Shown piece by piece: positions 37,616 through 47,689 of a DNA stretch of 64,000 nt. A model generated the notes under the pieces. It was given only the letters and a program-made list of their open reading frames with translations. It made no database searches and was not told where the DNA came from. The translations under genes were made by a program, and so were the position numbers. This DNA is from an uncultured virus (IMG/VR IMGVR_UViG_3300025012_000068) (Duplodnaviria > Heunggongvirae > Uroviricota > Caudoviricetes). Location: IMG/VR virus record IMGVR_UViG_3300025012_000068, positions 1 through 64,000 of that record; one strand, written 5' to 3'. The stretch's first letter is position 1. Each line of letters begins with the position of its first letter.

Positions 37616-37657
37616 TTAATACAAAAATAAGAAATAGTTTTAATATATTAAAATATT
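37609..37657 (-). promoter_or_regulatory. putative promoter cassette, copy 5 (truncated)
   Basis: GTTATATTTAATACAAAAATAAGAAATAGTTTTAATATATTAAAATATT. Confidence 0.65.
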
Positions 37658-37766
37658 TTCCCAAATTAAATATAATAGTATACTATAAATGATTGGCATT
37701 TAATACATTATATTATTTAATTATACACATTATTTCTAAAAACGCTAAAATTTTATAAAACATTGT

Positions 37767-39065
37767 ATGAGTTTTCAAATATATTGTTTCAAAAAAAGTG
37801 TTATGAAAGTATTTTATGCTACTCAAATAAGTAATAATGATGGAAAGAACTTTATACTAAGTACAGACGCATGTATGAATATATGTATTGGAATAATATC
37901 AGAAATTTTAGAAAATGATAGTAATATATCTTTTTTAATTGCTATTCCAGACATTAGATTATCCAAAGAGTATTGGACATACTATAGTATGTTTGAACAA
38001 AAATATCACTCTAGAATAACTTTTATAGAATTTGATTCTCCAGTTGGGCCGTCTAATACTAGATACCATTTTGATTATATATTTTGGAAAAAACAATATA
38101 ATTTATTAAAAGAATGTGACGTAATGATTAATGACCAAAATACATTAACTAAAAACTGGAATACTTTATTTTATGAATTAAAATTAAATATTCCAATTGT
38201 TAGTACTAATTATTTTATGGATACTCCTGTATCTAAAAAAGTGTCAGAACAGATTACATATTTTGAAAGACAAATGGAAAGCTTTAATAATTCAAATTTA
38301 ACAGCATTTCAATCTAAAGAAAATGAAAGAGAATCGTTAGACGCGTATGATACATTTTATAAAAATAGAAATTTAATTAAAAAAACAACAAGCTGGAATA
38401 TTGGGGTATGGGCTAAAGAAGTATTAAAATATTCTAGTGTTTCGAAATTTGATGAAACAACTATCTATTTTGGTAATAGAATATCAGATTCAGCGAATAG
38501 ATATAATAATTATCATAAGTTCGCTGAAGCAGTAGGACTTGCAAAATCTAAAACTAATATACCATTTAAAGCAATAATGCTTAATCCAACTAGAAAGGTA
38601 ACAGAAGAACAATTAAGTTTAATTAATACTTTATCTAATAATACAGTAGAGGTACTACCTAATAATTTAAATTGGTCAAGAGAAGATTATTTAACTTTTA
38701 TAAATAGAGCACGTGTGAGTTGTAATTTATTTACAAATGAGGTTCATGGCGGAGTAACTCATTGTGAAGCCCTAATAGCAGGAAATATTACAATTATGCC
38801 AAAAGTTAATAATTATTGGTATAAATTTAAACATTCAAATAATACAAATTACCCATTCTTTTGTGAAGTAAATGAATCTAATGAAATTGAGGTTAACTCA
38901 TTATCAGAATGTATTATAAAAGCAGTTGAAATAATAAATACAAATAATACCGAGTATACTAACTATAGTAGTCTTTGTAAAAAAATAGGATATGATTACG
39001 AGTCATATGAAAAGTCAGCTCATATAATTATTAATGATTTAAAAGAATTAATTAAAAACAAATAA
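37767..39065 (+). CDS. putative GT-B glycosyltransferase (possibly DNA-modifying); start may be 37803
   Basis: Size; IYFGNR and REDYL...GGVTHCEALIAG C-terminal GT-B-like pattern; cluster context. Confidence 0.55.
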   Translation: MSFQIYCFKKSVMKVFYATQISNNDGKNFILSTDACMNICIGIISEILENDSNISFLIAIPDIRLSKEYWTYYSMFEQKYHSRITFIEFDSPVGPSNTRYHFDYIFWKKQYNLLKECDVMINDQNTLTKNWNTLFYELKLNIPIVSTNYFMDTPVSKKVSEQITYFERQMESFNNSNLTAFQSKENERESLDAYDTFYKNRNLIKKTTSWNIGVWAKEVLKYSSVSKFDETTIYFGNRISDSANRYNNYHKFAEAVGLAKSKTNIPFKAIMLNPTRKVTEEQLSLINTLSNNTVEVLPNNLNWSREDYLTFINRARVSCNLFTNEVHGGVTHCEALIAGNITIMPKVNNYWYKFKHSNNTNYPFFCEVNESNEIEVNSLSECIIKAVEIINTNNTEYTNYSSLCKKIGYDYESYEKSAHIIINDLKELIKNK

Positions 39066-39066
39066 C

Positions 39067-39228
39067 ATGAAAAATTTATTAAATACTATTATTTTAAGTT
39101 TAGTAGTACTACTAGACATTTATGTAACTCTAAATCTTTTAATGTATGGAGTTCAGCCAACTAATTACGAAATGTTAGTTATCATTTCGACAACACTCAT
39201 AGCGTATTCATCTGAAAAACAAAAATAA
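39067..39228 (+). CDS. small membrane protein (53 aa)
   Basis: Two hydrophobic segments; fills the operon gap. Confidence 0.45.
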   Translation: MKNLLNTIILSLVVLLDIYVTLNLLMYGVQPTNYEMLVIISTTLIAYSSEKQK

Positions 39229-39233
39229 AAAAT

Positions 39234-40325
39234 ATGAAAAAGAATAAAGTATGTATAGTAACTGGATCAGGCGGATTAATTGGGTCAGAGGCTGTTGATT
39301 TTTTTATTAATAAATTTGATATTATTATTGGAATAGACAATAATATGCGTGAAGAATTTTTTGGTAAAACGGCTTCTACCTTATGGAATACGAATAAATT
39401 AAAAACGAAATATCCAGAAAAATTTATTCACTATAATATTGATATTAGAAATGTTGAACAATTAAATAAGATATTTGAATTATATAATTCAGATATACAT
39501 TTAGTGGTTCACACGGCAGCACAACCGTCACATGATTGGGCAGCGACGGACCCTATTAAAGATTTTAGTGTTAATGCACTAGGAACTTTATATTTATTAG
39601 AGGCAACTAGAACTTATAGTAAAGATGCAGTGTTTATATTTACAAGTACAAATAAAGTATACGGGGATACTCCAAATTATCTTCCATTAATCGAGAAAGA
39701 AAATAGATTTGAAATAGACCAATCACATAAATTTTATAAAAATGGAATAGACGAATCTATGTCTATTGATAACAGTAAGCACTCTGTATTTGGTGCATCT
39801 AAAGTTTCAGCCGATATAATGTGTCAAGAATATGGTAAATATTTTGGAATGAATATTGGTATATTTAGAGGCGGGTGTTTGACTGGCCCGGCCCATTCTG
39901 GAACTGAATTACATGGATTTTTATCATATTTGGCTAAATGTGTAATAACAGGAAATCATTATAATATTTTCGGAGATAGAGGAAAAAGAGTTAGAGATAA
40001 TATACATAGTTATGATTTAATAAATATGTTTTGGAATTTTTATCAAAATCCTAAACAAGGCGAAGTATATAATGCAGGTGGCGGGCGCGGAAATGAATGC
40101 TCAATTATAGAAGCTATAAATATAATGAATTCATTTAAATATGTAAAAGAATGGAATAACTACACTTTTTTAGATGACCCTAGAATAGGCGACCATATTT
40201 TTTATGTAACTGACTATTCTAAATTTCAAAAAGATTATCCAAATTGGAAAATTACTATTTCATTACATGAAACTATAAAACAAATTTTAGAAGCCCAACA
40301 CAATAGAACTATGATTAATGCTTAA
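39234..40325 (+). CDS. NAD-dependent nucleotide-sugar epimerase (CDP-paratose/tyvelose epimerase-like)
   Basis: TGSGGLIG, HTAAQPSHD, STNKVYGD and FGASK motifs. Confidence 0.85.
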   Translation: MKKNKVCIVTGSGGLIGSEAVDFFINKFDIIIGIDNNMREEFFGKTASTLWNTNKLKTKYPEKFIHYNIDIRNVEQLNKIFELYNSDIHLVVHTAAQPSHDWAATDPIKDFSVNALGTLYLLEATRTYSKDAVFIFTSTNKVYGDTPNYLPLIEKENRFEIDQSHKFYKNGIDESMSIDNSKHSVFGASKVSADIMCQEYGKYFGMNIGIFRGGCLTGPAHSGTELHGFLSYLAKCVITGNHYNIFGDRGKRVRDNIHSYDLINMFWNFYQNPKQGEVYNAGGGRGNECSIIEAINIMNSFKYVKEWNNYTFLDDPRIGDHIFYVTDYSKFQKDYPNWKITISLHETIKQILEAQHNRTMINA

Positions 40326-40908
40326 GACTTTACAAAATAAAATATTAAAATGTAAGAAATGTCCTAGGCTAAACCAAAATAGTATTTTTTCATTTCCGCA
40401 TGTTTATTTTAATGACAATTTAAATGAAATAGAAATTTTTATAATTGTTCAAAACCCAGGAATAGAACACGATTATACCGCCATTACAAATAGTAATGAA
40501 TTTTATGAAAAGTATAAATTAGATTGGCTTAATTGCAAATTAGGAAAATACCTAATAAGTGAATTAGGAATAGAAACTATAATGACAAAAGTATTTTTTA
40601 CAAATTTATGTAAATGTTCTTCTCCAAATAATTCAAATTTAAATTCAACTGAAATTTATAATTGCTGTAACTTTTTATATGAACAAATACAGTTAGTAAA
40701 TCCTAAAAAAATATTTTTATTAGGAAATGAAACAACTAATCACATTTTAAATAAAAATATAAAGTTTTTTGAAAAAACTATAAAATCTATAAATAATATA
40801 GATTATGAATTTTATAAGCTTTATCATCCATCATACGTAAAAAGATTTAATGATAAGGATAAAAATATTAAGCAATCAATAGAATTAAAAAAAATAATAA
40901 ATTCATGA
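40318..40908 (+). CDS. uracil-DNA glycosylase family 4-like
   Basis: CKKCPRL, QNPG, TNLCKC and YHPSY motifs. Confidence 0.75.
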   Translation: MLKTLQNKILKCKKCPRLNQNSIFSFPHVYFNDNLNEIEIFIIVQNPGIEHDYTAITNSNEFYEKYKLDWLNCKLGKYLISELGIETIMTKVFFTNLCKCSSPNNSNLNSTEIYNCCNFLYEQIQLVNPKKIFLLGNETTNHILNKNIKFFEKTIKSINNIDYEFYKLYHPSYVKRFNDKDKNIKQSIELKKIINS

Positions 40909-41222
40909 AAATACAATTAGATACAATAGAAAAAATTATAAGAATTGAAGAATCTATAAATCTAGGAGAATTTTATAATACTATAAAAAAACTTCTTCCT
41001 GATAATGAATGGAAAAACTTTAAAATAGAAACTAATAATACTATTAACTGGGCTAATCCTATTGTAATTAGAGATTACCCTTATAATCCAACTCCAGTTT
41101 ATCCATGGTGGAATACTCCTAATATTACGTGTGGAACATCTTCTACTTCAACTGGAATAGCGTCGTCATCAATTAAAACAACTATTGATTTAAACTCAGG
41201 AGTATACAATATAGAATGCTAA
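40905..41222 (+). CDS. hypothetical protein
   Basis: Coupled ORF. Confidence 0.55.
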   Translation: MKIQLDTIEKIIRIEESINLGEFYNTIKKLLPDNEWKNFKIETNNTINWANPIVIRDYPYNPTPVYPWWNTPNITCGTSSTSTGIASSSIKTTIDLNSGVYNIEC

Positions 41223-41725
41223 ATTATAACTTAATAATTTTTTGTGGAGCTGATAATACTGGAAAAACCACAATATCAAAGAAATTATCCAATATTTTAG
41301 GTTGGAAATATTATAAAAATACATTAGAACACTCTTTATTTAAAATAGAAAATCATAAAACCCATTTTGAAAATCATGCTCCTTTTTTGTTTGATTTTAT
41401 TAAACAAACTCAAACTAAAAATATTATATTTGATAGGCATAATATATGTGAATATGTATATGGAAAATGTTTTAACCGAAATATAAATGAACCCCTTATT
41501 TTTGAATTAGACAAATTATACGCAGAATATAAAACAATAATTGTTTTTTGTTATAAAGATAATTATAAAGAGTATAATGATGAGATAATACCTTTAAATA
41601 AAATAAAAGACATAAATTCATTTTATGAAGAATATTTAACAAAAACTAATTGTAAATATTTAAAGGTAAATACTGAATCCGAAAATTTAAATGAACAACT
41701 TACTTTTATAATAAACAATCTATGA
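41216..41725 (+). CDS. dNMP (thymidylate-type) kinase
   Basis: GADNTGKTT P-loop and FDRH..EYVYG. Confidence 0.75.
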   Translation: MLNYNLIIFCGADNTGKTTISKKLSNILGWKYYKNTLEHSLFKIENHKTHFENHAPFLFDFIKQTQTKNIIFDRHNICEYVYGKCFNRNINEPLIFELDKLYAEYKTIIVFCYKDNYKEYNDEIIPLNKIKDINSFYEEYLTKTNCKYLKVNTESENLNEQLTFIINNL

Positions 41726-42300
41726 TTTGGTTTACTTCCGACTTACACGCTTATCATAAGAATATTTCTGGCCCGACTATATCTGAATGGAAAACTGGAT
41801 ATAGAGATTTCGTTGATGAGATTCAAATGACTAATTTCTTTATAGAAAAAATAAATGAAAATGTAAAAGATAATGATATTTTATATTTTTTAGGTGATTG
41901 GTCATTTGGCCATCCATATAATATTAAAAGATTTAGAGACCAAATTAACTGTAAAACTATACATTTTATTTTAGGCAATCATGATTCATACATACGAACT
42001 AATAAAAAATTCATAATAGAAACTGGAATTATTTATGCTAAAGACTTATTTTCTTCAGTACAAAACACTTTATCAATTACTCATAATAATATTAATATAT
42101 TTTTAAGTCATTATTCACATAGAGTATGGCCTACTTCACATAAAGGAAGCATTCATTTATTTGGGCATAGCCATGGAGCATTGCAAGGAATAGGAAAATC
42201 AATGGACGTAGGTATAGATAATGCTAAAAATATTTTAGGAGAATATCGGCCATTTAATATTGATGAAATACTTATTTTATTAAATAATGATAAAAACTAA
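41722..42300 (+). CDS. metallophosphoesterase
   Basis: SDLH, LGD, GNHD and GHSH motifs. Confidence 0.8.
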   Translation: MIWFTSDLHAYHKNISGPTISEWKTGYRDFVDEIQMTNFFIEKINENVKDNDILYFLGDWSFGHPYNIKRFRDQINCKTIHFILGNHDSYIRTNKKFIIETGIIYAKDLFSSVQNTLSITHNNINIFLSHYSHRVWPTSHKGSIHLFGHSHGALQGIGKSMDVGIDNAKNILGEYRPFNIDEILILLNNDKN

Positions 42301-42940
42301 TACATTTAAAAATTCATCTGACGCGTTCTTAACATTATATAATACTATAATGGCACAAGGAATATCTTTTGATAATACAAAGGCCCTATTTAATACTGGC
42401 TTTTATTTATTAAATCCATTAGATAATCTAATAGAAGTTCCATGGAGAAAATGGAAAAAAGATTACGCTGAATATGAATGGCAATGGTATTTATCAGGAG
42501 ATCCGTCGGCCATAGAAATTGCTAAAAAAGCGAAAATTTGGTATAATATGATGGATGATGCTGGAAACGTAAACTCAAATTATGGGTATCAATGGTCCAG
42601 GAATAGCCAGTTAGATAAAATAGTAGATATATTAAAAAACAAAAAGGATACTCGCAAAGCATCCATATCAATTTATGATGCTAAAGAAATAGAATTATAT
42701 AGTAAAGATACTCCATGCACATATTCTATTAATTTTACTATAATCGATAATAAATTATGTATGTCAGTATTAATGAGGTCGTGTGATTTAGTCTATGGCT
42801 TTTGTAATGACCAGTATTGTTTCTCTAAATTACAAGAATTAGTCTCTAATAAATTAAGTATAGAAGTTGGATGGTATTACCATTTTATAGTAAATTTACA
42901 TATTTATAAAAAACATTTTAATTTAAATGAACGACTCTAA
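42287..42940 (+). CDS. thymidylate-synthase-superfamily enzyme, dCMP hydroxymethylase-like
   Basis: DTPCT, MRSCDLVYGFCND and NLHIY motifs; Asp at the specificity position. Confidence 0.75.
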   Translation: MIKTNTFKNSSDAFLTLYNTIMAQGISFDNTKALFNTGFYLLNPLDNLIEVPWRKWKKDYAEYEWQWYLSGDPSAIEIAKKAKIWYNMMDDAGNVNSNYGYQWSRNSQLDKIVDILKNKKDTRKASISIYDAKEIELYSKDTPCTYSINFTIIDNKLCMSVLMRSCDLVYGFCNDQYCFSKLQELVSNKLSIEVGWYYHFIVNLHIYKKHFNLNERL

Positions 42941-43364
42941 TTTTTATAAAAAATATAGGCATGTAGGGTATTCATATCCAAGTGTTCCCAAGGGATGGAA
43001 GCCTATTGTAAAAAATGCAATAGTAGAAATAGAAAAAGAAATGTGGCCAAGATGGATTCCGTTTTTTATAAAAAAAGCTATACATTATTTAGCTACTGGA
43101 AATTCAGTGGTTCAAATAAAGTATCAATGGGCTTATAAATTAAGATCTAAGTTAACTGATAGTTGCATGATTTCTGATATTAAAGAAAAATATGCAACAC
43201 TAAGGATATATACATACGGTAATGAAAAAATAAATGCAATTATAGAAATGGCCGAAAATCTTTGTGATACTACTTGTATGGAATGTGGAAGTATGACTGA
43301 CGTAGAAGTAGTAAACAGTCGCTGGGTATCTATTTTATGTAAAAAATGTAAAAATAAAAAATAA
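42927..43364 (+). CDS. conserved phage hypothetical protein
   Basis: GW...IKEKYATLRIY...CMECG...LCKKC. Confidence 0.6.
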   Translation: MNDSNFYKKYRHVGYSYPSVPKGWKPIVKNAIVEIEKEMWPRWIPFFIKKAIHYLATGNSVVQIKYQWAYKLRSKLTDSCMISDIKEKYATLRIYTYGNEKINAIIEMAENLCDTTCMECGSMTDVEVVNSRWVSILCKKCKNKK

Positions 43365-43375
43365 TAGCACTACTT

Positions 43376-43828
43376 ATGAATCAGAAATTAAAATATGTAA
43401 AAACCAGAGATGTGAAAGACCCATCAATAGGAACATCAGACTCTGTTGGAATTGATATGTATGTTCCAAACGATTTTCAACAAAAAAGTTTATTACCAGG
43501 AGAAGACGTACTAATACCGTCTGGAATTAAATTTAATATACCAATTGGAACATGTCTATTAGCAGTAAATAAAAGTGGAGTTGCTACTAAAAAACGACTG
43601 CAAGTCGGAGCGTGTTTAATTGATCCAGATTATCATTTAGAAGTACACTTGCATTTATATAATACGAGTAAATATAGTATTGATATTAATCCGGGAGAAA
43701 AGATAATTCAGTTTATGTATTTACCATATATTAAACCTAGTTTAATTAAATGTAAAAATGATGATGAATGTTTTGCATTTCAAAAAACAACAAGAACTGG
43801 CGGTTTTGGAAGTACAAATCATATTTAA
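43376..43828 (+). CDS. dut: trimeric dUTPase
   Basis: GIDM, KSG, LIDPDY and RTGGFGST motifs. Confidence 0.9.
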   Translation: MNQKLKYVKTRDVKDPSIGTSDSVGIDMYVPNDFQQKSLLPGEDVLIPSGIKFNIPIGTCLLAVNKSGVATKKRLQVGACLIDPDYHLEVHLHLYNTSKYSIDINPGEKIIQFMYLPYIKPSLIKCKNDDECFAFQKTTRTGGFGSTNHI

Positions 43829-43842
43829 AAATAAGATAAAAA

Positions 43843-44190
43843 ATGGCTAAAAAAATAAAAAAAGACTCATCTAATAATAATTCAAATATGCATATTAGAA
43901 ATGATAGTGCTTTAATTTCAGGAGATACTCGTACCCATACTTATATAAGTGATAACAATAGAGTTATTCCTACTTATAATACTTCAATAGGTAGTGTAAT
44001 CAGCACATCCAGTCATACACCTAGTTCTATAGGAACCTATCATTATAACCCGGCTAGTGAAATGCTTTTAGCTGACGAAGACGGAGATGCCTGGAGTTTA
44101 AAAATTTCAAGAGATGGAACTCTTAAAGTTAAACCATTAAATGAATCTAAAAAGACTAAACTTAAAGTAAAGATATTATTGGATTTTTAA
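43843..44190 (+). CDS. hypothetical protein
   Basis: C-terminus paralogous to the next ORF. Confidence 0.5.
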   Translation: MAKKIKKDSSNNNSNMHIRNDSALISGDTRTHTYISDNNRVIPTYNTSIGSVISTSSHTPSSIGTYHYNPASEMLLADEDGDAWSLKISRDGTLKVKPLNESKKTKLKVKILLDF

Positions 44191-44246
44191 AAATAATTAA
44201 AAATGGATAATCATTTCTTTAAAATAATGAATTTATCAGACCCCCT

Positions 44247-44447
44247 GTGTTTTCAGTAGATAATGACAGAAATGTCCATATACTAAGTGAAAAATCTGGC
44301 ATTATAATGAGAGATGAAACGGGTAGTACTTGGAAAATTACAATAAATTCTAACGGTAAAATATTGGCTGAACCAATATGCCCAAATAAAAAATTAAAGC
44401 TTAAATTAAAAAATACTAAAATAATCCATGGAAGTTATTTTTGGTGA
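44247..44447 (+). CDS. hypothetical protein
   Basis: DETGSTWKITINSNGKI resembles DEDGDAWSLKISRDGTL. Confidence 0.45.
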   Translation: MFSVDNDRNVHILSEKSGIIMRDETGSTWKITINSNGKILAEPICPNKKLKLKLKNTKIIHGSYFW

Positions 44448-44637
44448 TACTGACGAACCTAATTATATAATTGGCAAAATTTTTTTTGATAAAAGTACTA
44501 AAAACTATAAAGTATTTGATGGAGATGACGTTACTACAGATTTTAATAATCGTATAGAAGAAATAAAAAATAAAATAATATTAAAAGAAAAATTAAAAAC
44601 CTTAATTAATTTAGAAAATAATGGTAGTAGGAGTTGA
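44428..44637 (+). CDS. hypothetical protein
   Basis: Overlapping co-oriented ORF. Confidence 0.45.
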   Translation: MEVIFGDTDEPNYIIGKIFFDKSTKNYKVFDGDDVTTDFNNRIEEIKNKIILKEKLKTLINLENNGSRS

Positions 44638-46057
44638 ATTTAATAAGTATAAAAGTAAAATGTATATATCATACATTAATAAAAATAAAGAAATAGACTT
44701 TATTATTAAAAATATACCAAGTTCTGATTTATATAACTACGAATATTGTGAAGAAAATACTGGATTAAAAAGTTGGGATAATAAAAATGTAAGAAAAAAA
44801 CCTACAGAGTATTTAGGACGTTTTAGACAAGAAGAATTCTTATATAATAATCTCACACTAGATGAAAAAAATAAAATGTCAGAATTTAATACTCCTAAAA
44901 AATATTATTGTGATATTGAGACTGAAACTGGAGAAAATAATGAATTCCCAGAACCATCAGAAGCAAAATACCAAGTTCTTCTAATATCAGTAGTAAACGA
45001 ATCTAATATTGCATATATATTGTCGTGTCGAGAAGACTTGAGAAGTCAAGAACAAGATATGGAAAATGAAATGAATACATATCTTAAAAAAAGTAATCCA
45101 AATTTAAAAACCTATACTTTAAAATATCTTTGGTTCAAAACTGAAATAGAAATGTTAGAGTATTTCTTTCATAAATTTCTACCAAAAATACCGCTATTAA
45201 CTGGATGGAATTTCTTAAATTTTGACTGGCAATATCTAATGAAACGCTGTGAAAATTTAAAAATAAATCCAACAAAAAATATAGCAACAAATAAAAGAGT
45301 AACAAAATATTTAGTTCCAGCTCATACTGCTGTTATAGACTACCTTGAACTATTTAGAAGCAGGTCGCCATTAAAAATTGTAGAGAATTATACATTAGAC
45401 TATATTTCAAAAGAAGTACTTGGAGTTAAAAAATTTAAAAATGATAATGAAAATATACTAGAAATGTATAAAACAAATTATCGCAAATTTGCAATATACA
45501 ATGCTATCGACTCTATTTTAGTAAAAGAAATAGAAGACTCTAAATTTCTTCTTGATGTTGTATTTGAAATGGTAAACTTAAGTATATGTGATATTAATAA
45601 ATATAATAGCCCAGTATTTATAAGTGAAATTCTAATATTTAGAAAATACATAGAACAAAATTTAAAAGTACCTGAAAAAACAGAAGAAGAAAAACAACTA
45701 ATATATAACTCAAAGTATCAAAAAAATGAAGGTGGCCCAAAATATGAAGGCGCATTCGTTAAGGAACCGATTCCTGGATATTATAAAACTGTAGTATGTC
45801 AGGACTTTTCTAGTCTATATCCGAACATAATTTGTAGCAATAATATATCACCTGATACATATTTAGGGAAAGGCCTTAATTTATCTATTGAGGAGCTAAT
45901 AGATAGAAAAATATGTAAAACGGCATTTGATACATATTTTAGGATGGATATTGATTCAGTCTCACGAAAAATATTAAATTATTTTTATAATGAAAGACTC
46001 GAAAATAAAGCTTTGCGTAAGGCATTGTCTGATAGGCTAAATGAATTAGATAAATAA
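44621..46057 (+). CDS. gp43: family-B DNA polymerase, N-terminal half (exonuclease, motif A, first finger helix)
   Basis: DIET, GWNFLNFD, YNAID, YEGAFV and DFSSLYPNII motifs; ends after ERLENKALRK. Confidence 0.9.
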   Translation: MVVGVEFNKYKSKMYISYINKNKEIDFIIKNIPSSDLYNYEYCEENTGLKSWDNKNVRKKPTEYLGRFRQEEFLYNNLTLDEKNKMSEFNTPKKYYCDIETETGENNEFPEPSEAKYQVLLISVVNESNIAYILSCREDLRSQEQDMENEMNTYLKKSNPNLKTYTLKYLWFKTEIEMLEYFFHKFLPKIPLLTGWNFLNFDWQYLMKRCENLKINPTKNIATNKRVTKYLVPAHTAVIDYLELFRSRSPLKIVENYTLDYISKEVLGVKKFKNDNENILEMYKTNYRKFAIYNAIDSILVKEIEDSKFLLDVVFEMVNLSICDINKYNSPVFISEILIFRKYIEQNLKVPEKTEEEKQLIYNSKYQKNEGGPKYEGAFVKEPIPGYYKTVVCQDFSSLYPNIICSNNISPDTYLGKGLNLSIEELIDRKICKTAFDTYFRMDIDSVSRKILNYFYNERLENKALRKALSDRLNELDK

Positions 46058-46118
46058 ATTTATAAAACATTTTACTATAAATCTAGTATAAGATATTGTA
46101 TAAATTTTAATTGATAAA

Positions 46119-46928
46119 ATGAATTATTATATAGCTATTCCTGATATACATGGAGATATTTTCAAATTAAATTTTGCATTAGAAACATGTAATGCCTGGG
46201 TAAAATTTCAAAGAAAGTTTGGTATAATATCTAAATATGATACTATTCAGTATGTATTTTTAGGTGACTATATTGATAGAGGTAATCATTCAGGTGCAGT
46301 ATTAAAAAAGATTGAAGACTATGTTATTAATAGGAACGCAATATGTTTACTTGGAAATCATGATATGTTTATTATAGGAACGGCTGAAGATACTTCAATA
46401 TTGTTAGATAATAAACTCATAAAATGGAGTGATTTATGGGAGTATAATGATGGAATTATAACATGCAAAGATTTATTTGGCGTAGTATTTGATAATCATT
46501 ATAATATTTCAAGTAAAGTGAGTGATTGGAGAGAAAAAATATTAAATAGTGAATATTATTCTTTTTTAAAGAAATATGGAAAAACTAGGTATTCTACTAA
46601 TACTATATTTTTTAGTCATGCTCCTCTTAGTGATATAAAAAATATAGGTGATTCTGACTTATTATGGGGAAAATCCTCGGATTTTGGAAATCAAAAGAAA
46701 GATACTATATTTAAAGTACCTGAACCATATTTGGTGTCAGTACACGGACATTATAATAGATTAGACGAAGGAATAAATTTTCCAAGATTTCATAACTATA
46801 TACACAGTGGCGTACCTAAAACAGTAGTATTAGCCGACAGTGGGTGTGGATATTCTGGAATAGGAGAATTACATCCAGTTGTAATAGGTGAAAATGACAG
46901 ATATACTAACATTTGTGCAATACTTTAA
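46119..46928 (+). CDS. Ser/Thr phosphatase-like metallophosphoesterase
   Basis: DIHG, GDYIDRG and GNHD motifs. Confidence 0.8.
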   Translation: MNYYIAIPDIHGDIFKLNFALETCNAWVKFQRKFGIISKYDTIQYVFLGDYIDRGNHSGAVLKKIEDYVINRNAICLLGNHDMFIIGTAEDTSILLDNKLIKWSDLWEYNDGIITCKDLFGVVFDNHYNISSKVSDWREKILNSEYYSFLKKYGKTRYSTNTIFFSHAPLSDIKNIGDSDLLWGKSSDFGNQKKDTIFKVPEPYLVSVHGHYNRLDEGINFPRFHNYIHSGVPKTVVLADSGCGYSGIGELHPVVIGENDRYTNICAIL

Positions 46929-47513
46929 ATGATTAAAAATAATGATTTTTTAATAAACTTCCTAAAAAAAATATTTAAAATGAATTTAGAAACTAATACT
47001 AAAACCACAGAGTTAAGAGAACACTATATTGGAAAATCATTTCAATGGACTAAACCAATAGATCCATTAAAATTAGGTATTATTGTTAAATGTAATGATG
47101 TTAAAAATTCTCAAGGAATGACTAGATTAATATTTGAGGATGGCTCTAAAATAAATTTAGAAATACTAAGCGACCATTTAACTGAAGTTTATGATATTAA
47201 CAATCCGCCTATTGAAACTCCAGTTATGAGTAAGAATTTAAATGATGCTATTAAAAAAACAATTCAAAATACCACGACTAAACCTGAAATTAAAACAGAA
47301 AATAAGGTTGATATATTTGATATGTTTCAAATTAATGAATTTGACTTTCCTATTAAAATAAAATCAAAATTACCTCCAATTGATGTTTTAAAAATGATGT
47401 ATAATTCAAGTGAAAACAAAGACGAATTTTTAAATATAATAACAAACAAATTAATTAAATCAATTAATGAAGACTCATTAAAAGATTCTATTAAAAATTT
47501 AATAACACAATGA
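46929..47513 (+). CDS. hypothetical protein
   Basis: 194-aa ORF. Confidence 0.55.
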   Translation: MIKNNDFLINFLKKIFKMNLETNTKTTELREHYIGKSFQWTKPIDPLKLGIIVKCNDVKNSQGMTRLIFEDGSKINLEILSDHLTEVYDINNPPIETPVMSKNLNDAIKKTIQNTTTKPEIKTENKVDIFDMFQINEFDFPIKIKSKLPPIDVLKMMYNSSENKDEFLNIITNKLIKSINEDSLKDSIKNLITQ

Positions 47514-47689
47514 TAACTGAAATTCTTAGGAGATTAACTCCAGCCATAGAAAATATAGATGGGAAATGTCCATACTGCATACGTGAGTTTATAAAAGATG
47601 TTAATATTATTTTAATTGAGTATGGAGTAAAATTTGTTTATGATGAGACTACACATTGTGTAACATTAAATGTATTAAATAAAAAATAA
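47510..47689 (+). CDS. small hypothetical protein (59 aa, CPYC)
   Basis: Exactly fills the gap with ATGA/TAATG overlaps. Confidence 0.45.
   Translation: MITEILRRLTPAIENIDGKCPYCIREFIKDVNIILIEYGVKFVYDETTHCVTLNVLNKK

Larger units (their letters stand above)
36442..37657 (+). mobile_element. cassette array 5
   Basis: Hairpins 36442-36497, 36790-36915 and 37520-37615; half site at 36949; truncated promoter cassette. Confidence 0.75.

Noticed and set aside
9728..46057. Trans-splicing split intein joining the polymerase halves
   Set aside because: The intein is contiguous within the C-terminal half, and there are no intein fragments at the split ends.
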